Positions 49,416 through 62,633 of a stretch of 64,000 bases of DNA are shown in pieces. The notes under the pieces are model-generated. The model did no database searches and was not told where the DNA came from. It saw only the letters and a list, made by a program, of their open reading frames with translations. The position numbers were made by a program, and so were the translations under genes. How positions within the stretch are numbered: position 1 is the first letter of the stretch; the number at the start of each line of letters is the position of its first letter. This DNA comes from Mobula hypostoma (taxonomy: Eukaryota): positions 94,490,001 to 94,554,000 of the forward strand of contig NC_086108.1 of NCBI RefSeq assembly GCF_963921235.1. The letters are read 5' to 3'.

Positions 49416-50064
49416 TCCTCCTCCTTCCCCTCCCCACCTTTTTATTCTGGCTTCTGCCTCATCCCTTTCAATCCAGAGGAAGGATCTCAGCCCAAATGTT
49501 GACTGTTTATTCCTCTCTGTTGATGCTATCTAATCTACTGAGTTTCTCCAGCATGTTTTATGTGCTGTTCTGTTGGGGAGAGTTGTTCTATATCATGTCT
49601 GCTCCTTCATTGTAAGGTGACCTCTCAGCTACAACATTCATGCCTCTGTGATGTCCAGAAACTTAGGAAACCTTGCTATCACCTTCAAAAGCATCCCAAA
49701 TCATCCATGTGCGTCTTTAATCCCCAAGCTAATTTCTTTCACATCATACAGTTGTTGGCGACTTCCAACTTTCTAGTGTGCTATAAAGTGTTCATTATTC
49801 TGCAGGCATTTATAGGAATATAAATTACTGCTACAGTTTTGGCAAGCAAATTACTCCAGTCTAATTATAAGCCAATAATGTCAGAAGGTCAGTGGCTTTT
49901 GTGAGAACCAGTTCCTCAGACCCTCTCACTATTGCATGGAGTATGTCCCTGGTACCCACAGATCATATGGTGGAGTTTGCACTTTTAGTCCCTCACATGC
50001 TGAGCTCTGAGTCACAGCCGTGCCACCACGGTAAGTCAGACAGGTGAGAATCTTGCCCATACAA

Positions 50065-50428
50065 ATCATCAACACCAAAGAGATTCTGCAGATGCTGGTA
50101 ACTATGCACAAAATGCTGTAGGAACTCAGTAGGTCAGGTAGCATCTACGGAAATGAATAAAGAGTTGACATTTCGGGCTGAGACCCATCGTCAGGAAGGG
50201 GGAAGATGCCAGAATAAGAAAGTCAGGGGAGGGACGGAGGGCAGACTGAAAGGTGAGAGTAGAAGCCAGGTGGGTGGGGGAGAGGGGATGAAGTAAGAAG
50301 CTGGGAGGTGATAGGTGGAAAAGGCAAAGGGTTGGAGAAGAAGGAATCATAGGAGAGGAGAGTGGATCATGGGAGGAGGGGACCTGGGGGAGGTGATAGG
50401 CAGGTGAGAAGAAGAGGTAGGAGGCCAG
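50065..50428 (-). mobile_element. Penelope pLTR remnant with the best-preserved hammerhead core
   Basis: Minus strand CCTGACGATGGGTCTCAGCCCGAAATGTCAAC at about 50164-50195. Confidence 0.75.
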
Positions 50429-51079
50429 AGTGGAAAAAGTAGCAAATATAACTCCATTACTTCAGAACGGTGAGGAAGAGAAAACATTAGACTGCATGTG
50501 GAAAATGTCGGAATCTGTCATCAAGGACGTAGTAACTGGGCACTTAAAAATAACTGTACAACTGGGTAGAGTAAACATAGATTATGAAATCATATTCTAT
50601 AATCATATCATTGAGCTTTTTGAGATTGTAACTAGAGGCATTAGAAGGCAAACCAGTTCCCTGAGTTAGCTTAGAGTCATTCACATTTGTAGATCTGAAG
50701 TCTCACACAGATCATTGTGAGTAACAATGGTGGATTTCCTCCCCTGAAGGACATCCGTGAACGATCTCGCAGATTCAGGGTTGTCAATATCATTAATTAC
50801 CTTTGTTAAACTTAAAGTTATCTGATATACTCCTGGGATGATAGGTTTATTCCCTGAGGAGAAGGTAGGCAGTCTATGCCATCTTAAATGTGGGAAAAAC
50901 AAGAGGTGATCTCACTGAAAAATACAAAATTCTTATGGTGATCAGAGACAGGGGCAATAATTCCCCTGATGAAAGTGTCTGGAGCCAGGAATCAAAGTTT
51001 CAAAGTCTGGAGATGGGATTCCTGGGAAAGAAAGAACCTTTGGAATTCTGTACTCATGGAGGTACCTTCATAAACTCCC

Positions 51080-52690
51080 ACAACCCCCAGTGACCCTGTG
51101 ATTTTAGTCTCTGAGGCTGATGTGAGAGCATCCTTCAGGAGGATGAACCTACAGGAAGCATCCAGCCCAGACAAGATCCCTGGCTGAATACTAAACACCT
51201 GTATTGATCAGCTGACTGGAGTGTTCACCCATGTCTTTAACCTCTCACTTCGGCAGTCTGAGATACTCATCTGCTTTAAGCAGGGTTCGCTTTACCTGTG
51301 CCTAAGAAGAATGTGGTAACCTGTCTCAATGACTATTGTTCAGTAGTGCTTACATCCACTGTGATGAAATGTATCAACTCCTGTCTGAAAGGTGACTCCA
51401 ATTTACTTAACCATTATAACAGGCCAACAGCAGATGCTATTTCATTGGCTCTTCACTCTGGACAGTGAAGATGCATACATCAGGATACTCTTCATTGACT
51501 ACAGCTTATCATTCAGTGCTATCAATCCCTCAAAACTATTCAATAAGCTCCAAGACCTAGGCCTCAGTACCTCCTTGTGCAAATGGATCCTCGATTTCCT
51601 CATTTGCAGACCCCAGACAGTTCAAATTGGCAACAACATCTCATCCACAATCTCCATCGGCACAGGTGCACCACCAGGCTCTGCTTAGTTCCCTGATTAA
51701 CTCGCTTTATACTTATGACTGTAAAGCTAAGCACAGCTCCAATGCCATATTTAAGTTTGCCGATGACACAACTGTCGCTGGCCGAATAAAAAGTGATGAT
51801 GAATCAGCAATTAGGAAGGAGTTGGAAAATTCGGCTGTGCGGTGCCACAACAACCTCTCACTCTGTGTCAGCAAGACCAAGGAGGTGGTTATTGACAACA
51901 GGAAGAGGAAACCAGAGATCTATGATCTAGCCCACATCAGGGGATCAGAGGTAGGGAGGGTCAGCAACTTGAAGATTCTCGGTGTTATAATTTCAGAGGA
52001 TATGTCCTGGGTTAGCACGTAAATGCCATTTCAAAGAAAGCAGGGCAGCACCTCTACTTTCTTAGAAATTTACATAGATTCAACATGTCATCTAAAACTT
52101 TGATAAACTTCGATAAATGTGTGGTGTAATGTTTATTGACTGGTTGCATCACAGCCTGGTATGGAAACACCAATGCCCTTGTTTGGAGAAGTCTACAACA
52201 GGTAGAAGAGACCGCCCAGTGCATCACAGGTAAAGCCCTCCCCATCATTGAGTGCATCTACGCAGAGTGCTCTCACAGGAAAGCAGCATCCACAATCAAG
52301 GACCCCCAGCATCCAGGCCATGCTCTCTTCTCGCTGCTGCAATCAGGAAGGAGGTACAAGAGCCTCAGGACCAAATACCAGGTTCAGAGACAGTTATTGC
52401 CCCTTAACTGTCAGGCTCTTGAACCACAGAAAATAACTTCACCACCCCAACACTGATCTGTTCCCACAACCTATAGATTCACTTTCAAGGACTGTTCATT
52501 CATATTCTCAATATTTATTGCTCTTTTTGTGTTCGTACTGTTGTCTTTGGCACATCAGTTGTTTTCTGTCTTGTTGTGTGCAGTCTATCATTGATTCTAT
52601 TGTGTTTTAATGAGAATACCTGCAAGAACATGAATCTTAGGGTTGTACATGGTGACATGTATGTATTTTGAGAATAAATTTACTTTGAGC
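51080..52690 (+). mobile_element. Rex1/Babar-like LINE RT and 3' remnant
   Basis: AYIRILFIDYS, KWILDFL, IFKFADDTTV, TGCITAWYGN and IKDPQHPGH. Confidence 0.88.
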
Positions 52691-53488
52691 TCAAGTGGTT
52701 GTGGAAAGTGTATAAGAATGGATGTTGATAGATGTTCAAATATTAAGGAAATTAAAGGATAGATGGTTAATATAAAAATGTGCACTCGGGTCAAATAGGC
52801 TCCAGAGTGATATTGAATGATAGCATAGACATGAGGGGATGAATGGCCTACTGCTACTTCTATTTTTTTGTTCGTAAAACAGCAATGGTCATTCTGATTG
52901 AATGTAAAAGTATAGGCAATATACCAATTTTTTGGTACAGTATTGCTATTGGTTTATCATTGTCACACATACCAATATGAAGTAAAAAGCTTGATTTGCT
53001 TACCATTCAGAACCAGCAATAGTGTGCAAAAGCACATATACAGGTATATATAGCTAGCGGGTCCAAGACTTTTGTACAGTACCTTGTTTGTCAACGTGGA
53101 GTGGAGAGTGAGTTTGTAAATCAGGTGGGAGCAAATGATGTTGGGAATGGTGAGGGTGGTGCATGGTGGGAGGGGTGTGGGGAAGGGTGGCAGAGCAGGA
53201 GAGCCGGGGGCAGGGGTGGGTGGCACAGGTGCAGACAGAACCAGCCCTGAGACGCCAGGTAAGGCCATTTGATTCCTAACAATTGGTTTATTGATCATCA
53301 CAGAATGTCTCTGGTACTTCCAGCTCCCTCCCCTCTCCCTTCCCCAACCATGATTTCCCTCTCCCTGCCACCTTCCCACTCTCAGTCCACAATAGAGAAT
53401 CATATCAGAATCAGGTTTATCATTTCATATGTTATGAAATTTGTTTTTTCTTTGTGGCAGCAGTACAGTGCAATACATAAAATTACTA

Positions 53489-53555
53489 CAGTACCATGCA
53501 AAATTCTTCAGCACCTGAGCTATATATATGTGCCTAAGACTTTTGTACAGTGCTT
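53489..53555. mobile_element. Tiny Tc1-like MITE (a related remnant lies at about 53018-53083)
   Basis: TA-CAGTACCATGCAAAA...TTTTGTACAGTGC inverted ends resembling Tc1 TIRs. Confidence 0.5.
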
Positions 53556-54019
53556 TAGAATATGCTTACACCCATCAAATCATTACACAGTGATTTGCAT
53601 TCATTCCTCAATTATACTGTGTTATACTGCACAAGGAGAACAACATTACACCTGTTTTGAATTCTGAACAGAGAAATACCATTCTTATACAGAATGAAAT
53701 ACCAGTTACAGATATTGACCACTTTGTTCACAATACAGGTGTTAAAGCCAATAGAAATGACAAGTTGACAACTGATATTGTTTTGAAGTTAGTAAAGCAA
53801 TTGTCCCTTAGTTGGTGTGTGTGTGTTTTGCATCATTCCTTTCTATTTGACCTCCTGTGCAGCAAGCCAAAGTGCCTCTGGGAATCTGCTATACAAAGGG
53901 AAGCTAAGCTCTTCAAAGACTTTTATTGCCCGGACTGTCTGCACTCTCTGCAATCTATCATTGCCTGGACATTACGTCAACCCTTGACTTGCCACAACTT
54001 GCTCGCCTTGAGCTGCAAT

Positions 54020-54470
54020 AGTCATAGTCATACTTTATTGATCCCAGGGGAAATTGGTTAAATAAGGTAAAACAATGCAGAAAAAAGTGTAAAAACTACC
54101 AAAAAAGTGCAGTGCTGGTAAATGATAAAGTGAAAAATCGTAATGAGTTAGATTGTGAGGTCAAGAGTCTATTTTATCCATTCAGTAGTCTTATAACAGC
54201 AGGGTGGAATCTGTCCTTGAGCCTGGTGGTACATGCTTTCAGACTTTTGTATCTTCTCCCTGATGGGAGAGGGGAGAAGAGAGATTGTCTGGGGAGGGTG
54301 AGTCTGATAATGCTAGCTGCTTTATTAAGGCAGGGAGAGGTATAGACAGAGTCCATAGAGGGGTGGCTGGTTTTTGCTTGTGTGAGCTGAGGCTGTGGGC
54401 AATTGAGAACACTTTCAGAAGCAGTTCCTTGAAGTTGTGAAAGGTTGTGATCACCAAGTATCATCTGCAC
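54020..54470 (-). mobile_element. Rex1/Babar-like 3' fragments
   Basis: LFSPLPSGRRYKSLK...RLKDRFHPAVIRLLN. The segment 54018-54057 is the reverse complement of the tail at about 22520-22565. Confidence 0.75.
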
Positions 54471-54529
54471 CGTGCTACTGTCATATTCCACCCTGAGCAG
54501 CCGGGCACTGAGGAGTAGCTTCGCTGTGA

Positions 54530-55160
54530 ACAAGGCAAGCAGAAATAATTCCTGCAGAAGTACCAAAACGTGGCAGGGGAGTACTTCTTATGTGGATTAA
54601 TGAACTCTTCCCTCATCTGAGAAGAGGAGGGTGAGTCAGAGAGTCTCTGAGACGCTATTACTCTCACTATTTTCAAGAAAGGAAAAAGCTGATGAAGTAA
54701 TTACACTGGGATTATCCAGCTGTGTATAATACAACACTGGGATTACTCTGCTGTGTGTTGTAGGGACACTGGGATTACCCCGTTGTGTGTTGTAGAAAGC
54801 TGGGGTTACTCTGTTACGTATTGTAGGACACTGGAATTACCCTGTTGTGTGTTGTAGGACACTGGGATTACCCCGTTGGGTGTTGTAGGACGCTGGGGTT
54901 ACTCTGTTATGTGTTGTAGGACACTGGAATTACCCTGTTGTGTGTTGTAGGTCACTGGGATTACCCCGTTGGGTGTTGTAGGACACTGGGTTTACCCCGT
55001 TGGGTGTTGTAGGACACTGGGTTTACCCCGTTGGGTGTTGTAGGACATTGGGTTTACCCTATTGTGTGTAGCAGAACCCTGGGATTACCCCGATCGGTAT
55101 TGTAGGGAAACTGTTACAAGGATCTTCCTCAGTTGTTTACTCCCAGCAGCTAGGGAGATC
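54530..55160 (+). mobile_element. Old RTE (BovB-type) RT fragment hosting a minisatellite
   Basis: I.EEE...RDAITLTIFKKG-type remnant before the array and a GK..RI.L..LLP-type remnant after it. Confidence 0.6.
54700..55108. repeat. Minisatellite, 31-bp unit, about 13 copies
   Basis: Consensus GGACACTGGGATTACCCCGTTGTGTGTTGTA. Confidence 0.95.
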
Positions 55161-55199
55161 TCTTCAGGATCACAGTGGTGAGTATTCAGTAGGTGCTAT

Positions 55200-55640
55200 C
55201 ATCATAGAACATAGGGCAGTACCGCACACAAAATTGTGCCCACTCCAAGGTCAATCTAACTCTTCCCTCCCACATAGCCCTACAGTTTTCTTTCATCCAC
55301 ATCTCTTAAATGTCCGTAATGTACTGGCTTCTACCACCATTACTGGCAGACTGTCTCATGAATTTACCACTCTGTGTTAAAACCAAAGACCTACCTGTGA
55401 CTTCCCCCATACTCACATCCCACATTGTCTTCTCACATTAGCCATTACCACTGGCAGAAGATGCTAGTACTCCACACTATCTATGCCTCTCATCATCTTA
55501 TACACCTCTGTCCTGCACTTACCACACTCTATGTAAAAGAACGACCTATGAGGTTGCTTCTATATTTTCCACCAATTGCATGAGCCATTTCTGCCCTGGG
55601 AAAAAGGTGCTGGCTACTGTATTAATACCCCTCTATTAAT
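55200..55640 (-). mobile_element. CR1 3' fragments
   Basis: CATAGAACATAG reverse tail. Similar to 18990-19400. Confidence 0.6.
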
Positions 55641-55759
55641 GTCTCTTTATCTGCTTAAGACATGGTCTTAAATTTACAATAAATCAATGTGCATGGCCTA
55701 TTTTGATGTTAAATTTGACTCCATTAGCCAAAAGAGATTATGGAGAATCCTTGCCAAAT

Positions 55760-56090
55760 CATAAGCACAAGAGGTTCCACAGATGCTGGAAATCCAGAGC
55801 GATGCATACAAAATCCTGGAAGGATCTCAGATGGTCAGGCAGCATTCGTGAAGAGGAATAAACAGTGTGTTTCAGATTGAGAGCCTTCATCAGGACAGGG
55901 AAGGAAGGTGATATAAGAAGTTAGGAAAGTGGAAGGAGTACAAGCTGGCAGGTTATAGGTGAAACCGGGTGCTGGGGGAAGGTGGTTGGGGGAGCAGGGA
56001 TTAAGTGAGAAACTGGAAGGTGATAGGTATAAGAGATAAAGGGCTGAAGAAAAATGAGTCTGATAGGAGAGGAGGGTGGACCATGGGAGA
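55760..56090 (-). mobile_element. Penelope pLTR remnant
   Basis: Minus strand GTCCTGATGAAGGCTCTCAATCTGAAAC. Confidence 0.7.
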
Positions 56091-56094
56091 AAGT

Positions 56095-56400
56095 TTTACA
56101 TTTATTTGTCACACGTACTTGGAAACATATACGTAGTGAAATGTGTCATTTGCATCGAAACGTTTCAGCAATGATTGTGCTGACGGGAAGCCCACAAGTG
56201 TTGTCACACTGCCACCATCAACATAGCATGCCCACAACTCACTAATCTTATAACCGTACACTTTTGAAATGCGGGAGGAAACCAGAGCACCCAGAGGAGA
56301 CACACACAGTCACAGGGAGAACGTACAATCTCCTTAGAAAACGCAGCAAGAATCGAACCCTGATTAGTGATTGCTGTCACTGTCAAGCTACTGTGCCGTA
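56095..56400 (-). mobile_element. tRNA-derived V-SINE-like element
   Basis: GGCACAGTAGC head, GGGTTCGATTC B box and a V-domain-like GGGTGCTCTGGTTTCCTCCC. Confidence 0.7.
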
Positions 56401-57013
56401 CCAAGAATGCCAGGAGCTATAGACCAGTTGGCCTTACGTCTGACTCATTTTCAAGGCCTTCATAACTCGTGCTCTCAGTATTATTTATTTACTTATGTTT
56501 TAATTACTATTCCCACAATTTGTATTTGTTTGTACATTGGACATTTGTCAGTCTTTGTGTATTGTTTTTTCATAAATTTTATTGTTTTTTTTATTTTCCT
56601 GTAAATGTCTGCAAGAAAGTGAACCTTAAGTTAGCATGTGGTGATTATATACATACTTTGATAATAAATTTACTTTCACTTTTAACTTTGACTTTGACAG
56701 TGATTTTAAGAAAGTGGTGAAGGGCATTTAGAGAATAAATAGAGCATTAAGCAGAGTGAGCATGCGTGCATGAAAGGACATCATGTTTGACAAGCTTTTT
56801 GAGATTATAATCAGTGGAATAGATGAGAGCCTACCAGTTGAAATGAGACAGGAAGTGCTTAAAGCAATGGGTGTGTACGTTACTTAGGTGACCTTCCACT
56901 GTTTTCCTATTGTCCCAGTTTGCTCCTGTTGAGAATCGAGTCCATTCTCACAGACCCTTGAGCTCCTTTTCCATTCAATGGGATCATGACCAATTTGCTA
57001 ACTCATTCCACTT

Positions 57014-57635
57014 TATGATTATGAAGACACGTAGTCCTCTTTTATTGCCATTTAGTAATGCATGCATTAAGAAATGATACAATATTTTCTCCGTTGTGAT
57101 ATCACAAAACACAGGACAAACCAAGACTGAAAAACTGACAAAACCACATAATTATAACATATAGTTACAAACAGTGTAACAATACCATAACTTGATGCAG
57201 AAGTCCGTGAGCACAGTAAAGTTCAAAGTTTCTCAAATGTCCCACATCTCATGCAGACGGGAGAAGGAAGAAAAACTCTCCCTGCCATGCCGACCACAAT
57301 CCAACTCTGAGTCATCTGAAAACTTCGAGCTCTGATCAGCTCTCCGACACCGAGTACTGAGCGCCATCTCTGTCCGAACGATTTGACCTCCTTCTCGGTC
57401 GCCAAAAGCAGGCAAGGCCGGGGATTTTGACGCCTATCCTCCGAAAGATTCCTGACCACACAGTAATGACAGCAGCGAATGGGCGTTTCAGAAATTTCTC
57501 CAGACGTTCCTCTGTGCTTTCACGTCCATTCTCCATCAAATCAGAATTGTCCATGGCCCCTGTTTAACAGATACGATATCATTTTTCACCGGAGGGCTGC
57601 ACACATGCAGGCGCGCTGCCATCTTCTCCTCCCGC
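57014..57635 (-). mobile_element. Non-coding retroposon-like insert of about 620 bp in a CR1 tail
   Basis: Starts GGAGAAGATGGCAGCGCGC, is CpG-rich, and ends AATAAA...CATAATCATAA. Confidence 0.55.
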
Positions 57636-58304
57636 CTTCTTGCTCAAACCCCACATTTCTGGATACCCTGTTTCCATCTATTTGTTAACTTCAGCCTTCA
57701 ATATTTCCAGTGACAGAGCATCCAGAGCTCATCTTTCCAATTTTGACGAAGAGTCATTAACCTGAAGCATTAATTCTGTTTCTCCCACCACAGGTGCCGC
57801 CTGACCTGTTGAAAATCTCTGATATTTTCTGTTTTGTGTTTCAGATTTCCATCATTTGCACTTCTTTTGCATTTCGAATCTGGGCCTAAGTTGGCTCAGC
57901 CATTGGGTGAAAGCTGAGTGAGCTTCCACAAAGTCTAATTTTGTTGTAATCGTCTGCTTGATTAACAGTTTCTTTTTGGAGACACAAGATTTGCAGAAGC
58001 TGGAATCTGGAACAGAAAAATCTGCGAGAAGAACTCAGTGGGTTGAATGGAATCTGTGGGAAGAAATCCTGATACAGGGTTTCAGCCTGAAATATTGACA
58101 GCAGTTCCAGCTTGTATTTTTTTATATGTAACCTATGTCATTTGAATAATTGAGTTTGCTGTCTGTTACACTTAGCCATATGAGAGGAAGAGGCATAAGT
58201 TGAATTCTGATAAGTTGAATTCAGCTCCCAAGATCAAACATTATAAAACTGATTCTGCTACCTCCAAGCAGAGAACATCATTCTTTTTGTTACTGCTGTA
58301 GAAT

Positions 58305-58530
58305 CGGCACGGAAGTGTAGCAGTTAGTGAAAAGCTTCACAGCGCCAGTGATCGGGGTTCAACTCCCACCACTCTCTGTAAGGAGTTTGCCCGTTTTCAC
58401 CGTGACCACAATGGGTTTCCTCCCACAGTCCAAAAAGTTATGGTTTAGTAAGTTGTGGGATGTTGGTGCTGGGAGCATGGTGACACTTGCAGCTGACCCA
58501 GCACATCCGCAGACTGTGTTAGATGTTGAC
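58305..58530 (+). mobile_element. tRNA-derived V-SINE-like element
   Basis: GGCACGG...GGGGTTCAACTCCC and GGTTTCCTCCCACAGTCCAAA. Confidence 0.7.
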
Positions 58531-58772
58531 ATGAACCATAAGAGATAGGAACAGACTTAGACCATTTGGCCCATTGAGTCTGCCCTGCCATTCAATCATG
58601 TCTGATTTATTATCCATCTTAGCTCCATTTTCTTGCCTTCTCCCTGTAATTTTTGATGCCCCTGCTAATCAAGAATCTATCAATTTCCACTTTAAACATA
58701 ACCAAATGACTAGGCCTCCACAACTCTCTGTGGCAATGATTCACCACCCTCTGGCTAAAGATGCATCTCACT

Positions 58773-58966
58773 AATGCGGAAAAAATCTGCGGATGCTGGA
58801 AATGCAACGCAACAGGCACAAAATGCTGGAGGAACTCAGCAGGTCAGGCACCCTTTTATTCTGGTGTCTTCTCCCTTCCTTTTCAGTCCTGAAGAAGGGT
58901 CTGTTTATTCCTTTCCATAGATGCTGCCTGACTTGTTGAGTTCCTCCAGCATTTTGTGTGCGTTGC
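58773..58966. mobile_element. Fold-back Penelope-derived mini-element
   Basis: Inverted arms GCACAAAATGCTGGAGGAACTCAGCAGGTCAGGCA / TGCCTGACTTGTTGAGTTCCTCCAGCATTTTGTG. Confidence 0.7.
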
Positions 58967-59228
58967 TATGCAGTTCACTGCATATTTTAATGCACATGTG
59001 ACAAATAAAGCTGGTCTTTATCTTTAGGAATGCTTTTGTAACCATGAAAGGTTTAAAGCAAATCATATCCGTGATCTGAATAACATGCCTATTGCAGTAA
59101 TCTATTCACATTTACGAATGTGGTGAGATTCAGATCCTAAAAATACATTTCCATCTGTATTTTGATGGTTGTCATAGAAACCACCACATGCCTGTGTTGG
59201 AACAAACATCATCCATAAGGAAGCGTAA

Positions 59229-61407
59229 GACAGACTGGCAAATGACACTTAAAGGATTGACGGTGGATATGCAATGGCAAGCATTTATAGGTTGCATGGA
59301 TGAACTACAACAATTGTTCATCCCAGTTTGGCAAAAGAATAAATCAAGGAAGGTAGTGCACCCGTGGCTGACAAGAGAAATTAGTGATAGTATCAATTCC
59401 AAAGAAGTAGCATACAAATTAGCCAGAGAAAGTGGCTCACCTGAGGACTGGGAGAAATTCAGAGTTCAGCAGAGGAGGACAAAGGGGTTAATTAGGAAGG
59501 GGAAAAAAGATTATGAGAGAAAACTGGCAGAGAACATAAAAACAGACTGTAAAAGCTTTTATAGATATGTAAAAAGGAAAAGACTGGTAAAGACAAATGT
59601 AGGTCCCCTGCAGACAGAAACAGGTGAATTGATTATGGGGAGCAAGGACATGGCAGACCAATTGAATAATTACTTTGGTTCTGTCTTCACTAAGGAGGAC
59701 ATAAATAATCTTCCAGAAATAGTAAGGGACAGAGGGTCCAGTGAGATGGAGGAACTGAGTGAAATACATGTTAGTAGGGAAGTGGTGTTAGGTAAATTGA
59801 AGGGATTGAAGGCAGATAAATCCCCAGGGCCAGATGGTCTGCATCCTAGAGTGCTTAAGGAAGTAGCCCAAGAAATAGTGGATGCATTAGTGATAATTTT
59901 TCAAAACTCGTTAGATTCTGGACTAGTTCCTGAGGATTGGAGGGTGGCTAATGTAACCCCAATTTTTAAAAAAGGAGGGAGAGAGAAACCGGGGAATTAT
60001 AGACCGGTTAGCCTAACGTCGGTGGTGGGGAAACTGCTGGAGTCAGTTGTCAAGGATGTGATAACAGCACATTTGGAAAGCGGAGAAATGATCGGACAAA
60101 GTCAGCATGGATTTGTGAAAGGAAAATCATGTCTGACGAATCTCATAGAATTTTTTGAGGATGTAACTAGTAGAGTGGTTAGGGGAGAACCAGTGGATGT
60201 GGTATATTTGGATTTTCAAAAGGCTTTTGACAAGGTCCCACACAGGAGATTAGTGTGCAAACTTAAAGCACACGGTATTGGGGGTAAGGTATTGGTGTGG
60301 GTGGAGAATTGGTTAGCAGAGAGGAAGCAAAGAGTGGGAATAAATGGGACCTTTTCAGAATGGCAGGCGGTGACTAGTGGGGTACCGCAAGGCTCAGTGC
60401 TGGGACCCCAGTTGTTTACAATATATATTAATGACTTGGATGAGGGAATTAAATGCAGCATCTCCAAGTTTGCGGATGACACGAAGCTGGGCGGCAGTGT
60501 TAGCAGTGAGGAGGATGCTAAGAGGATGCAGGGTGACTTGGATAGGTTGGGTGAGTGGGCAAACTCATGGCAGATGCAATTTAATGTGGATAAATGTGAA
60601 GTTATCCACTTTGGTGGCAAAAATAGGAAAACAGATTATTATCTGAATGGTGGCCGATTAGGAAAAGGGGAGGTGCAACAAGACCTGGGTGTCATTATAC
60701 ACCAGTCATTGAAAGTGGGCATGCAGGTACAGCAGGCGGTGAAAAAGGCGAATGGTATGCTGGCATTTATAGCGAGAGGATTCGAGTACAGGAGCAGGGA
60801 GGTACTACTGCAGTTGTACAAGGCCTTGGTGAGACCACACCTGGAGTATTGTGTGCAGTTTTGGTCCCCTAATCTGAGGAAAGACATCTTTGCCATAGAG
60901 GGAGTACAAAGAAGGTTCACCAGATTGATTCCTGGGATGGCAGGACTTTCATATGAAGAAAGACTGGATGAACTGGGCTTGTACTCGTTGGAATTTAGAA
61001 GATTGAGGGGGGATCTGATTGAAACGTATAAGATCCTAAAGGGATTGGACAGGCTAGATGCAGGAAGATTGTTCCCGATGTTGGGGAAGTCCAGAATGAG
61101 GGGTCACAGTTTGAGGATAGAGAGGAAGCCTTTTAGGACCGAGATTAGGAAAAACTTCTTCACACAGAGAGTGGTGAATCTGTGGAATTCTCTGCCACAG
61201 CAAACTGTTGAGACCAGTTCATTGGCTATGTTTAAGAGGGAGTTAGATATGGCCCTTGTGGCTACAGGGGTCAGGGGGTATGGAGGGAAGGCTGGGGCGG
61301 GGTTCTGAGTTGGATGATCAGCCATGATCATAATAAATGGCGGTGCAGGCTCGAAGGGCCGAATGGCCTACTCCTGCACCTATTTTCTATGTTTCTATGT
61401 TTCTATG
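59229..61407 (+). mobile_element. Young 5'-truncated CR1 LINE with an uninterrupted RT frame
   Basis: About 690 open codons ending at 61308, with intact QGSVLGP and KFADD. No endonuclease domain. (TTTCTATG)x3 tail. Confidence 0.96.
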
Positions 61408-61594
61408 TAACTACAATGCCCTAGATGATAGGAATTTTTGCAGCCCATTGATGTGCTGTCTCTCTTCAGCAGTGTGTGGGACCTAGGCGGAGGCTAGTGC
61501 CAACATCCATTCCAGTTTTGGCTCATTATTTCTGGACTGTTTTATGCTGCTCCTTACAGCCCAGACGAGGATGGGAATAAAACTTGGTCTTGAA

Positions 61595-61900
61595 ACGGAC
61601 CATCAAAGGATGGGTGAGATTAAAACTAGAGGTCATCAGATAAGGGTGAAAGTTGAAATGTTTAAGGGGAAACTTCTTCATTCAGAGGGCAGTGAGAGTG
61701 TAGAGCGAGCTGCCGGCAGAAGTGTAGGATACGGTTTCTATTTCAACATTTAAGAGAAATATGGATAGGTACATGGACGGGAGGGAGATGGAGGTCTATG
61801 GTCCGGATTCAGGTCAATGGGACTAGGCAGAATAATAGTCCAGCATGGACAAGATGGGCCAAAGAGCCTGTTTCTGTGCTGTAGTTTTCTGTGACTTCTA
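61595..61900 (+). mobile_element. CR1 3' tail fragment
   Basis: KTRGH..RV and a GATGGGCCAAAGAGCCTGTTTCTGTGCTGTA tail. Confidence 0.7.
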
Positions 61901-62079
61901 TGGCCCTAGTTCCTCTTCTTGCTATCTTGACCACACCAGCTTCTGCTCAAGCTGGAATTAAGATGGAACTGTAACCTCTGACCGCATTCATTTGGTTTGA
62001 AGAAGGGCCACACCAGCTTCTGCCATGCTCCTGTTCAGAAAAGCAGTTTAAAATAATTAAATAATCACCCTATTAGCTG

Positions 62080-62280
62080 CATCCCTGTGAACGTGTGGGT
62101 TTTCTCCGGGTGCTCCAGTTTCCTCCCACAGTCCGAAGACATACCACAGGTTAATTGGTCATTGTAAATTGTCCCATGATTAGGCTAGGATGAATTGGGG
62201 TTTGCTGGGTGTCACGGCTCGAAGGGCCAGAAGGGCCTGTTCCACACCATATCTCAATACGTAAAATAAATAAGTAAATA
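62080..62280 (+). mobile_element. HE1/V-SINE-like 3' part
   Basis: GTGGGTTTTCTCCGGGTGCTCCAGTTTCCTCCCACAGTCC followed by a GGGCCAGAAGGGCCTGTT tail. Confidence 0.75.
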
Positions 62281-62424
62281 AGCCTTCAGTTTGTATTAAT
62301 GACAATTAGGATAGAGCGAACGAGTTACAGGAGATGAAAGCAATGGCTTGGTCTTCCCAATGCACACTTGGGACTCACCCATGTTTTGGTTAATTGGTTT
62401 ACTATTCTACAGTGAAAACTTTGT

Positions 62425-62633
62425 TTTACAAAATGCTGGAGGAACTCAGCAGGTCAGGCTGCTATGTCTCTGGAAACGAATAGAATTGACATTTCAGGGT
62501 CCCGATGAATGGTCTTGGCCCGAAATATCGACTCATTATTTCCCTCCATTGATGCTGCCTGACTTGCTGAGTTCCTCCTGCATTTTGTGTGCTTTACTCT
62601 GGATTTCCAACATCTGTAAAATCTCAAGTGCTC
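62425..62633. mobile_element. Fold-back Penelope-derived mini-element
   Basis: Inverted arms and a central CCGATGAATGGTCTTGGCCCGAAAT hammerhead-like remnant. Confidence 0.7.

Noticed and set aside
54700..55108. CRISPR-like array
   Set aside because: The units are head-to-tail with no unique spacers, the context is eukaryotic, and there are no cas genes.
59188..61308. 706-aa ORF as a host or domesticated gene
   Set aside because: It is a 5'-truncated CR1 ORF2 with a CR1 tail and a near-identical neighbouring copy. The ATG comes from flanking DNA.
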